Below, in pieces: positions 14,340 through 22,913 of a stretch of 64,000 nt of DNA. The DNA is from Acidobacteriota bacterium (GTDB taxonomy: Bacteria; Acidobacteriota; CAIWXX01). Both the position numbers and the translations under genes were made by a program. The notes under the pieces are model-generated. The model was not told the DNA's origin. It was given only the letters and a program-made list of their open reading frames with translations, and did not search any database. Location of the stretch: contig JACPPM010000044.1 in NCBI GenBank assembly GCA_016191015.1, positions 3,862-67,861 on the forward strand, read 5' to 3'. The first letter of the stretch is position 1. Every line of letters starts with the position of its first letter.

Positions 14340-16190
14340 CTAGGCGGGATCAGTCGTGCACTGAGCCAGCCTCGACGGGTGAATGCGATAGATCTGAAAC
14401 CCGGCCCGCGCCATGCAGCTCGGAATGCTTCTGACGGTGCGCCGATTCTTCTCCTTCTCGCTTTCAGCGAGATCAGTCCAGGGAACGAGGTCCGGGTGCA
14501 ACTTCTTCTGGAGATCCCTGATGAGTCCGTGTTTCCACCCGTGCGCCTTCTTTTCCTCGACCCACCGACCATGCTCTTCTTGTGCCAGCTTCTCAATCTC
14601 GGCTTCCGCAAATAAGAAGTTATCGGCTCCGTAATCGGTCCATGGAGTGATGCCGCATCCGACCGTGATCAGCTTCCTGAGGATATCCCCTGCCTGTTGA
14701 CGATTCGTTTCCCTCACTTGTTCGGGGAGATGCTCCCATTCCACGAGGCTGGGATTGGGGGCGGCCGCACCGAGTGTGTGCCTCTCATCGCGGAGGTAGG
14801 CCTCGTGTATGACTCGAGCCAGGGTCTCGTGAGTGCCATCGTCGAGGAGACCCGGCCTACAAGTCCTATCGAGCAGTCCGAATGCCGTCAGGGTCGCCAG
14901 CTCCTCGTGGCACGAACGGACCTCGCGGAGCAACGCGGCCAGTCCTGTGTCCTCAGTCATTCGGACAAGGATTTGGATCTTCTCGGTCCGAACTCGCTGC
15001 AGAACCTCGAGGCCGGCACACAGGGCCATGGAAGAATCATCCACGCAGACATAGACATGAGTCATTTCGCACCGGTTCCGAGCGTCCCACAGCAGACTCG
15101 ACTTCCGGAACTCGGGCTTCCGAGTGTCGAAGTCGAGCGGGGTGAGGGCGCAGACGGTGTTGACCAGCGGGAAGCGCGAGCGCATCGCTTCCAGTTTACG
15201 GCTCGCCTCGGGATCGACCACCAGAATTCGCAGTGTGACGCGCGCGCGTGTGAATTCGCTGCTCCACCTCCGAGCCATGTGCACGATAAGGCTCTCGCCG
15301 AATCTGCCGAGCCCGACGATCAGCACACTGGGGGGATTTCCGTTCGGGTTCTGCTCTGCGAAGAGTGGGAATTCGCGGAGCACTTCTCGCGCTCCACTAT
15401 CGAAGATGTTAAAGAACTCTAGCCTGAAGGAGCCGCCGCCGGATGCAGTGAATTCGCGCTCACGGAGCAGAGTCCAAAGCTGTGGATCGACGATGTGAAT
15501 CGCACAGGTCAGCTTCCCCCGTTTCCGCCCCTTCGCCATGTCACGCGCCAGAACTGCCACTTCGGCATTCGCGCCATCGTCGGCGCAGACCGAAATCAGA
15601 TGCTGCGCCCGTTGCACGCCGGCCTTTCGCAGCACAGCCGCCTCCCGGGCGTCTCCAATAATGACGAACGCCCCCAGCTCCCAACTCGTCTCGACGTGCG
15701 GATTACCGGCGTCCTTTTCGACCACAACCACGCGTCGCCCTTGTTGACGGAACTCTCTGACGAGCCGCATTCCTTTTCGGCCGAGGCCGCAAATGACCAC
15801 GTGGCCGCGAAATCGTCGCAGACGGACCGCGCGGACCTGGTCGCGGAAGACAATGAGCAGCCCCTGAACAAACGCGTAGGCGGCAATCGCGGGGGAGAGG
15901 AACCTCGCGAGATCCAGTGTCCACGGCATGTGCACGCATGGATCCACATCCCCGGAGGATTCCATCACGAAGAGCTGGATGGACTGGTAGATGATACCCT
16001 TCAGGGTATACGACCTGCCTAGCATTGCGTAGTGACGCGCAAAGCCGAGAATTCCCACTCCCAGGGAAAACAGGCCGACGACGATCAGGAGCCGCCATTC
16101 GTTCTGGCGCCAAAAGGACTTAAACTTGGCAAGCAAGACCGATGATCGCAACACTGCGGCCCTCCGTTCGAGAGTGGAAATCAAGCGCAA
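14340..16190 (-). CDS. Ion-channel-like membrane protein: 2-TM pore module with a non-canonical filter, two RCK/TrkA-N Rossmann domains and a C-terminal tandem RyR-like module
   Basis: TM1 LLIVVGLFSLGVGILGF. Pore-helix/filter-like IYQSIQLFVMESSGDVD (compare K-channel TxGYGD and the CASTOR/POLLUX-type ADSGN filter). TM2 ARFLSPAIAAYAFVQGLLIVF. RCK motifs VVICGLGRKGMRLV and VLIVGLGRFGESLI. C-terminus LAQEEHGRWVEEKKAHGWKHG...LVPWTDLAESEKEKNRRTVRSIP. The TTG start at 16190 is uncertain. Confidence 0.75.
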   Translation of the reverse strand: MRLISTLERRAAVLRSSVLLAKFKSFWRQNEWRLLIVVGLFSLGVGILGFARHYAMLGRSYTLKGIIYQSIQLFVMESSGDVDPCVHMPWTLDLARFLSPAIAAYAFVQGLLIVFRDQVRAVRLRRFRGHVVICGLGRKGMRLVREFRQQGRRVVVVEKDAGNPHVETSWELGAFVIIGDAREAAVLRKAGVQRAQHLISVCADDGANAEVAVLARDMAKGRKRGKLTCAIHIVDPQLWTLLREREFTASGGGSFRLEFFNIFDSGAREVLREFPLFAEQNPNGNPPSVLIVGLGRFGESLIVHMARRWSSEFTRARVTLRILVVDPEASRKLEAMRSRFPLVNTVCALTPLDFDTRKPEFRKSSLLWDARNRCEMTHVYVCVDDSSMALCAGLEVLQRVRTEKIQILVRMTEDTGLAALLREVRSCHEELATLTAFGLLDRTCRPGLLDDGTHETLARVIHEAYLRDERHTLGAAAPNPSLVEWEHLPEQVRETNRQQAGDILRKLITVGCGITPWTDYGADNFLFAEAEIEKLAQEEHGRWVEEKKAHGWKHGLIRDLQKKLHPDLVPWTDLAESEKEKNRRTVRSIPSCMARAGFQIYRIHPSRLAQCTTDPA

Positions 16191-16376
16191 CCCTCATTGG
16201 ATTCCCCATTATGCAGAAACGGCTGGCAGGTGTCACGTACGGTCTGCACCGGGCTCAGCGGCGCGGCGAAGAATGAGCCGGGGTTGGAGAACCAGCACTC
16301 AATAGGCGCTGAGTTTGTTTGCTCCTGCCCGGGAAACATGAGGTAAGATCCGTGATCTTGGGAGCAGGAGGCGTCC

Positions 16377-18263
16377 ATGGAATACTTGTCTCGCTTGTTC
16401 AGAAGCACGGGGTCTTCGGGATCAGGGGGGAGCTCCAAAGTCTGCATCGCCTGTGGCGCACGCAACCCGGTCGTGGCGCGGTTCTGTAACCGTTGTGGTC
16501 TGGAGTTCAAGCAGGCGTTGACCCGGTACGATGCCTTCGTCAGCTATCGTCGTGATGGTGGCAAGGACATGGCGACGATCATCAGGCTTAGTCTGGAGAA
16601 GTTTAGCAAGACTGTGTTTGTGGACGTGGACGAGCTTCAAACCGGACGTTTTGATGAGAAGCTGCTGGAGGCGATACAGCGTTCGGATAGTTTCATTCTT
16701 GTCCTGAGTCCCGGGTGCTTGGACCGCTGTGTTCAGAAGAGTGATTGGCTGAAACGTGAAATCATGCATGCCCTTCAGCTCGATAAGTGCGTCATCCCTG
16801 TCATGCTGAGGGGATTCCAGTTTCCATCGGAGTCATTCTTCAAGCAATTGCCCGACCTCATGCGTGTGCTGCCAACGGTGAACGCTGTTTCCTACGACCA
16901 TGATAGCCGGGAGGCTGCGATCAGGAAAATACTGGATTTCATGGCCCACCCGACGACCCCCTTCTCAGGGACGCCGGGGGACGTTCGTGGCGAGGGAGCT
17001 CCCAACGGGCTCCAACAGTCTGGGCCCGTGGTCGACGAGAAGCCCCGACGATCTGCTGAGGCGGCGCGCCGTTCCCATCACACAGTGGGTGACGGGATTG
17101 AGGCGTCTCAGCCCGACCCGACGACCGAGTCTGGGACCATCGCAACCGGTTCAGACGATGGGGCTGTGGCCGGGAAAACGTTGCCTTCGCCGTCGCCGCA
17201 AGTCCGATCCACTTCCACGGATCAGATGAATTCCGACACTCATAAGGTCATTCGGTCTCTGCTTGGCAGCGTTTCTATCGCCTCTGCCGGGATTGGCTAT
17301 GTGGATAATCGTGCAGGGGTGTTCAACGAGATCATGTTGAGATGCAATGACGACGATCGGCTCGCTTTTGAGCAGATCGAGTCCTTTCTCCAGGACGAGA
17401 ATCAGTTGGCAGCTGACGCGGCGGCAATGATCCTCATTAAGCAACAGGCCGTTCCTTCCGTGCAGACTGTGGAGCGCCTCATAAGGATCGTGAGGGGTGC
17501 TGGTCATCCGCTTCTCGCACTCGACCTGGGGAATGCCTGGCAACAGAACCTGCGCGGCTGGTCAGTGGAGCTTCAAGACCTCGTTCTCCGTGCTCTCAAG
17601 TATGTTTCGCGCTACCATGGCGGCCCACAGGTTCGACACATGGCGATCGAGGCGTTGTGCCGCGTCGGCACGAAGGAGGCTATTGAGGTGATCACTGAGA
17701 TCATCCTGCAGAAGAAACCCTCCCCCGGGGACGCAGCCTGCGGCAAGGATTGGGAGTTGGCGATTAACTATCTTACCGGGTCGAAGAGCAGTGAGGCATC
17801 ACTCGCCGTTGCCGATCTCTGCCGGCAGGCTGACGATCCAGAAATCCTCAGGAGCGTTGCATACTGGGTGAAGTGCCACTACAACGTGGACACTCTCAGT
17901 GATGAAAGCCGCCGGGCCATTCTGACCTGTATGCAGGGCATCATCTGCAATCCAGAGATTGAGGAATTGGGCCGACGCGCGGCGCTCACCGTGGTGATTA
18001 ACCTTGATCCGAACGGTGCCTTGCTCATCCTGGAAGATGAGCTTCCAAAAGGAAGGGGCGAATTCGAAAGAATGATGATCCAGGCTATTGATGAAGCGTT
18101 CAGAGGACGGGAAAGATTGCTGTGTTTGCTCTCGAGAAGTCCTCTCCGACTATTGGCGAGGGAGCGAATGCTGTGCGTAGCTGGCGATCCTGAGACACCG
18201 AAGCTCATGGTGAGCATGGCTGAGAAGTTGGCCAAACAGCTTGATGTCCCGAGCATGACATAG
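16377..18263 (+). CDS. Zinc-ribbon, TIR domain and HEAT-repeat protein
   Basis: N-terminal CIACGARNPVVARFCNRCG. TIR: YDAFVSYRRDGGKDMATIIRLSLEK...VFVDVDELQTGRFDEKLLEAIQRSDSFILVLSPGCLDRCVQKSDWLKREI, with a candidate catalytic Glu in WLKRE. C-terminal HEAT/PBS-lyase-like repeats (VRHMAIEALCRVGTKEAIEVI). AGGAGG lies 6 nt upstream of the ATG. Confidence 0.85.
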   Translation: MEYLSRLFRSTGSSGSGGSSKVCIACGARNPVVARFCNRCGLEFKQALTRYDAFVSYRRDGGKDMATIIRLSLEKFSKTVFVDVDELQTGRFDEKLLEAIQRSDSFILVLSPGCLDRCVQKSDWLKREIMHALQLDKCVIPVMLRGFQFPSESFFKQLPDLMRVLPTVNAVSYDHDSREAAIRKILDFMAHPTTPFSGTPGDVRGEGAPNGLQQSGPVVDEKPRRSAEAARRSHHTVGDGIEASQPDPTTESGTIATGSDDGAVAGKTLPSPSPQVRSTSTDQMNSDTHKVIRSLLGSVSIASAGIGYVDNRAGVFNEIMLRCNDDDRLAFEQIESFLQDENQLAADAAAMILIKQQAVPSVQTVERLIRIVRGAGHPLLALDLGNAWQQNLRGWSVELQDLVLRALKYVSRYHGGPQVRHMAIEALCRVGTKEAIEVITEIILQKKPSPGDAACGKDWELAINYLTGSKSSEASLAVADLCRQADDPEILRSVAYWVKCHYNVDTLSDESRRAILTCMQGIICNPEIEELGRRAALTVVINLDPNGALLILEDELPKGRGEFERMMIQAIDEAFRGRERLLCLLSRSPLRLLARERMLCVAGDPETPKLMVSMAEKLAKQLDVPSMT

Positions 18264-18314
18264 CGATCGCGCGGCTCATGGCGCACCGCCGTGGCTGCAG
18301 CTCGCGGCCTTGGA

Positions 18315-18533
18315 TCACGGCATGCACCGAGGACAAGCGCCCCGTCCCTCACACACATCGCAGCGCTGCTCTCGGAAGCTCCCCTCGTACCAGAGGCCAC
18401 TTCCATCGCACGTCATGCAGATGCCACGCCCACTGCACGACGGACAGACGACGCCGGAGATACGTTTGATTCCTGCCGAATCGCCGTGATAGGGCGAGTC
18501 CCTCTGTGGTGGTGGTTTCTCGTCCGCCGTCAT
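18315..18533 (-). CDS. Small DnaJ-type cysteine-rich zinc-finger protein (CxxCxGxG repeats)
   Basis: CPSCSGRG, CMTCDGSG, CDVCEGRG and CPRC. It lies 97 nt downstream of, and on the same strand as, the RelA/SpoT-SLOG-RyR gene. Confidence 0.6.
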   Translation of the reverse strand: MTADEKPPPQRDSPYHGDSAGIKRISGVVCPSCSGRGICMTCDGSGLWYEGSFREQRCDVCEGRGACPRCMP

Positions 18534-18630
18534 GGGGCGCCGCCTGTGGGCTCCCTTAATCCTGGCCGCTTGTAGCTCATCGGGAGCCTTCCGTCATTCC
18601 CCGACCCCGGCGCCAGCGGACTCAGTCTCC

Positions 18631-21144
18631 CTATCTCCGCCGAAGCCGTCGTATCTGGTAGCCCGCACTCGCGAGCAGCTCGGGGATCGCGCGCACGGCT
18701 GCTCGATCCCACTCCTTCACTTCATCCGGCAGCTCACTCCAGCTGACAAGGTAAGGACTGGTCTTCTTCACGGGATCTCGCTTCTCGCCCCGCTTGAAAC
18801 CACTCAGCAGCCGCTCTGCATTCCATCGCCCGTGCTCCATCTGTGCCAATCGTTCGATTTCTGCTTTGCTGAATCTTACGAGCTTCGGTTTTCTCCCAAC
18901 AACGGTCGACACATCGTATCCAACTTCGTGAAGCTTCTGAAGTATGTGGTCCGCCTGATCCAAATTGGAGTCCTTGAAGACCTTGTCGAGGCGGTCCCAA
19001 TCGACCATCGCCGGTTCTGTCCGGATGACGCTTTCCGTGTGCGCCTCGCGGTACCGCTCATGAATCGACCGGGCCATCCTTTCGCGCTCTTCCGCTCGCC
19101 ACGGCGATTCCCCGGGGCCGACGAAAGCACGCACTGTCATGGGATCGTTCGGCAAGCTGACAAGACCAGGAGAATTAGACCAATCTTCGTCGAACCACAG
19201 CTTGGCGGCTTCGCGCCCGCTGTTTTCGATGATTCCCACGGTGGCACCGAGCGCCAGGGCAAGGCGATACTCGAACGCCGCGATCGGGCCCCCGTTGATT
19301 CCGAGGAGCCTCACCGAGGCGGGATCGATTCCTGCGCTGAGAATGTCCGTCCAATTCTGGAGCGGCTCCGCGGGGCCGAATCCGCTTCCATCTGTCCGTC
19401 GAATCTCGCGGTAGCGCTTGTCGACGGTGGCCTCAGCAGGGATGAGTTTCGGCAGGTAGCCGATGCCCCGGATGGAGGCACGGTACTTCTCGGCAAGGTC
19501 CCCGGCCAGTCCGCTGATGCCTTGGGTTGTTCCGCCGGAGATGACGACGCCTTGATAATCCTTGAATGCGGCAGTCATGAGATTGCGATATTCATCCATC
19601 TGCTCCTGAACGGAACGATCGCACCCGCCTGCGACAATGACCACGCGCCCCGAGATCGGCTTGCATCCCTCGGATGAGTGCTTGAGCAATGTGTTCCGTC
19701 GAGATTCCGTCGGAAACTTCGCGGCCAGACCGATTTCCTCCAGCCTGAGCGCCCAACCGAAGCCGGCGATGCCGTCGCGCGTCGCCTCCAGCCGCTCGAT
19801 CGATCTCATCGAGGACTCGATCATGAATGCGGCAGTGCTCAGCTGGATGGCCTTGGCGAATGATATCAAGCTCTCGGAGGGCCGCCCGAGGTGAAGGATG
19901 AATTTGCCCATGCTGAAGAAGGCCCAGGGTAGGTTCACGCCGACGCGGGCCTGTTGGCGGCACCGATCGAGAGACGCGATGATCGTCGGCCTGAGCATCG
20001 GGACGACCGAGAGATCACGCCGCAAGATGATCTCGGCGTCGAGATAGTTTCCGAGCGCATACGGATCAGTGGGGTCCGCTTCGAACGCCAGCCGGTAGAG
20101 CTGTCGCGATTTCTCGTCATTGACCCCTTTCCAGGTTCCGGCCAGAGACGCGATGGAATCGATGTCCGGCTTCGTCGTGCTCATGGACTTCTCCAGGAGC
20201 GACTGGCCGCGTCGATAGTGCCGGCTCTTCGGATCCTTCTGGTGGACCTTGCAGAGGGCCACCCCAAGATCCCGCAAGAGAGGATTGCAATCTGATCCGG
20301 CATGTTCACCAAGCACCTCAATAGCGCGATCCCAATCTCCCAATGAGATCGCCAGCTTTCCGAGCTTCGCAGCGACCTGGACGTTTCCCCGGTCAAGCGT
20401 GCGAACGAAGTCCAGTACCTCGATCTCTCGCTGCATTCTTTCCGGCGTCATGTAGACACCGAAAGAGGAGGAGTACGCTCGCAAGGCGTCCACGACCCGT
20501 GAGAAGGAGTTATCAGCATTCTCCAGGAGGGCGGCGACAGCAGCGAGCTCACGCTCGAGTGCTTCCGGAACCTTGAAGCCGGCTTTGTAGACGAAATCAT
20601 GCGAGATATCAGCCCAGGCGTGTTCGAGGAGTGTGCGGACCTGAACCTCGGCGCGCGGGTTTTCCATCCTGTAAAGGACTTTCGGGACGTGTGTGCTCAC
20701 GATGGGATTCGGGAACGTGCCTTCCCTGAAGCTCACAATGTAATGAACTGAGCGGTAGCCAAACTCGGCGGGCCTGTGACGTTGGCTGACGTCGACACTG
20801 TTTTCCCAATCGATGAGAAAGTGGTCTTCGATGAATTTCGAAACAGCCTTCACTTCCTCGGGCGTATGGACGATGACGCGACCGCCACAGAGGTCCGTGA
20901 ATTCGTCAACGGGATTCTTGTGACCCGCTCGCTTTCGAAAGATCTTGTCGGCGAAGCTTGAGAGGGCCTTGGGGCGAGTCTGGACGATCGCGAGCGGCGC
21001 CAGCTTGCCGCTGACCTGCTCCAGGACGTCTCTCAGCGTCCGCGCGAAGATCTCGTAGTTCGCGGCTCGGGACCGATATTTGGCAATCTGCCGTCGAGCC
21101 CAATCGCGGTCGGAATTCGCAGAGTCAGATGTCGCCTTTGCCAT
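18631..21144 (-). CDS. RelA/SpoT-type nucleotide pyrophosphokinase domain, TPR-like helical region, SLOG (LSDAT/LOG-like) domain and tandem RyR-like module
   Basis: RSH synthetase motifs TDLCGGRVIVH, EFGYRSVHYIVSF and EVQVRTLLEHAWADISHDFVYK. SLOG motifs VVIVAGGCD...VVISGGTTQGISGLAG...LLGINGGPIAAFEYRLALALGATVGIIENSGREAAKL. C-terminus LAQMEHGRWNAERLLSGFKRG...LVSWSELPDEVKEWDRAAVRAIPELLASAGYQI. Confidence 0.85.
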   Translation of the reverse strand: MAKATSDSANSDRDWARRQIAKYRSRAANYEIFARTLRDVLEQVSGKLAPLAIVQTRPKALSSFADKIFRKRAGHKNPVDEFTDLCGGRVIVHTPEEVKAVSKFIEDHFLIDWENSVDVSQRHRPAEFGYRSVHYIVSFREGTFPNPIVSTHVPKVLYRMENPRAEVQVRTLLEHAWADISHDFVYKAGFKVPEALERELAAVAALLENADNSFSRVVDALRAYSSSFGVYMTPERMQREIEVLDFVRTLDRGNVQVAAKLGKLAISLGDWDRAIEVLGEHAGSDCNPLLRDLGVALCKVHQKDPKSRHYRRGQSLLEKSMSTTKPDIDSIASLAGTWKGVNDEKSRQLYRLAFEADPTDPYALGNYLDAEIILRRDLSVVPMLRPTIIASLDRCRQQARVGVNLPWAFFSMGKFILHLGRPSESLISFAKAIQLSTAAFMIESSMRSIERLEATRDGIAGFGWALRLEEIGLAAKFPTESRRNTLLKHSSEGCKPISGRVVIVAGGCDRSVQEQMDEYRNLMTAAFKDYQGVVISGGTTQGISGLAGDLAEKYRASIRGIGYLPKLIPAEATVDKRYREIRRTDGSGFGPAEPLQNWTDILSAGIDPASVRLLGINGGPIAAFEYRLALALGATVGIIENSGREAAKLWFDEDWSNSPGLVSLPNDPMTVRAFVGPGESPWRAEERERMARSIHERYREAHTESVIRTEPAMVDWDRLDKVFKDSNLDQADHILQKLHEVGYDVSTVVGRKPKLVRFSKAEIERLAQMEHGRWNAERLLSGFKRGEKRDPVKKTSPYLVSWSELPDEVKEWDRAAVRAIPELLASAGYQIRRLRRR

Positions 21145-21218
21145 GGAAGCACCTCACAATTGAAAGGATGAAACTACGAAGCGCCGGGTGAGGCATCGAG
21201 GGCCTCTCGGATCGTTCA

Positions 21219-21623
21219 TCAACCCCGGCACTGCAGGTACGCTTCGATCTGTTCCTTCATCGATGTGCTCAATGGATAGTTCACGTACTCGGCCGGATCG
21301 ATCCAGGCGTAGGTGTCGTGCTCGGAGCTCAAGCAGACGGCGCCTCCCGCGTAGTCACAGACGAAAGTCACGCCGGTAACCCAGAAAGGCTGTTTGCTGA
21401 AATGCCAAATCTTGATGGGTTGTCCCACGGCTACGGCAAGTCCTGTCTCTTCGCTCACCTCTCTCTCGACCGCCTTGACCAGCTCTTCGCCGTACTCGAG
21501 CTTGCCCCCGGGAAGCTCCCAGAGTCCCGGATCATGAGTCGAAATGGCCGCACGTCTGATGAGCAAGATCTTGCCGTCGCGCCTGATGATTGATTTCCCC
21601 GCAACCCCAAGTGGCCTATCCAT
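21219..21623 (-). CDS. NUDIX hydrolase
   Basis: Complete Nudix box GGKLEYGEELVKAVEREVSEETGL (Gx5Ex7REUxEExGU). Confidence 0.9.
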   Translation of the reverse strand: MDRPLGVAGKSIIRRDGKILLIRRAAISTHDPGLWELPGGKLEYGEELVKAVEREVSEETGLAVAVGQPIKIWHFSKQPFWVTGVTFVCDYAGGAVCLSSEHDTYAWIDPAEYVNYPLSTSMKEQIEAYLQCRG

Positions 21624-21782
21624 CCGTCATGCCTCCTGCGTCGAGTTCAGCGCCAAGGGACCTCTTCGCGGCCGGTACTGGCCGGTTTCGGTCCTGCCAT
21701 CAGCGATCGATCAAGTGCCGTCAGACTATTCAGTGCTGAGGCCGCGGTCAAGCGCCTCGGTAACTTCACGGGTGCTGCTCTA

Positions 21783-22913
21783 CTACAGAATGGGCGCGTC
21801 TCCGGGCCTGAGGCTTGCGAGGAGTTCCAGCCGCATCGCGTCGATGAGAAAGCCCTGCATCTTCTCGTCGCCCCTCCCGTGATTCCGAGTGGCCAACACC
21901 ACTACGAGGCCACTCGGAAGCCGGACCGCATCCATGACGAGCTCCATGCTGTTCGGACGGGCCGGCGGCGACCAGATGAGGCGGAGCCCCGATGCGCCGT
22001 TTTCGTCCATGCGGATCTTCCGGAAGACGCTGCCCTGACGCCGCTCATAGCCCGGGACCCGCTCGAAGACCGTCTCGTTCACCTGCAGATGGCCCCCTTC
22101 GTCCAGAAGGTGGAGGCTTACGTCCAGAGGTCCCGGCATGGCCCGCCAGGCGGCACGGCGGTCTTCATCCGTCGTCTCTGTCCAGTCAGCCGGCACGCCG
22201 ATCAGGACCCTTCCTCCGAGAACCGAACGATCAACCACGCGGGGGATCTCCAGGCGACAGAGCTGAACAACGGCGTCCATCAGGGGCTCGCAGATTGCGA
22301 AGTGCGCCTCCGTGACGCAGGTGAACTGCACGACGTACTCGCTCAAGTGGAGCGTGAAGCTATACCTCCGGACCCTGCCGCCGTTGGGGTGGATGGCATC
22401 CGTAACGACGCACCAGTGGCCGGCGAAGTTCGTGATCTCGTTCCTGACGACGTTCGCACCCAGTTGGTTCTCGTAGTGATGCTTGGCATAGGCCTGCACA
22501 AGCGCGGGAGTTCGGTTCTCCTCGTCGAGGATCGCACTGACTCCCACCCGTAATATGAGGCCGACCGGGTCGATGAAGAACTTCACCCCCGTCCACGGAT
22601 CGTCGTCGCCCCGCTCGCTCGGCCAGGCCCCGGCCACTTGATAGAACAGGTGACGAAGCTGCCGCTGCTGCCCGGCGTTTGTGAGCCCTTGGATCTCGGC
22701 ATGCACCCTCTCGGCCGTTGGAAGAGGCGAGGAGAGTCGGGCGCGAGCAGCGACCACGAATGCGAGCGCGATGACCAGAGCAATCCCGATGCTCTTGGGA
22801 CCCAGGAGCCACCAGTGCCGCCAGACTCCGACTCCCCAACCGATCGCAACCCATGCCAGCAACGTTCCGAGTGCATTCACGGTTCTCGCTGTCGGCGCGC
22901 CCCTCCCGTTCAT
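21783..22913 (-). CDS. Membrane-anchored hypothetical protein (two predicted N-terminal TM helices plus a soluble domain of about 280 aa)
   Basis: The internal ATG at 22913 forms an ATGA overlap with the stop of the upstream STAND gene. TM segments LGTLLAWVAIGWGVGVW and IGIALVIALAFVVAA. The longer ORF (to 23417) overlaps the STAND gene and is rejected. Confidence 0.6.
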   Translation of the reverse strand: MNGRGAPTARTVNALGTLLAWVAIGWGVGVWRHWWLLGPKSIGIALVIALAFVVAARARLSSPLPTAERVHAEIQGLTNAGQQRQLRHLFYQVAGAWPSERGDDDPWTGVKFFIDPVGLILRVGVSAILDEENRTPALVQAYAKHHYENQLGANVVRNEITNFAGHWCVVTDAIHPNGGRVRRYSFTLHLSEYVVQFTCVTEAHFAICEPLMDAVVQLCRLEIPRVVDRSVLGGRVLIGVPADWTETTDEDRRAAWRAMPGPLDVSLHLLDEGGHLQVNETVFERVPGYERRQGSVFRKIRMDENGASGLRLIWSPPARPNSMELVMDAVRLPSGLVVVLATRNHGRGDEKMQGFLIDAMRLELLASLRPGDAPIL

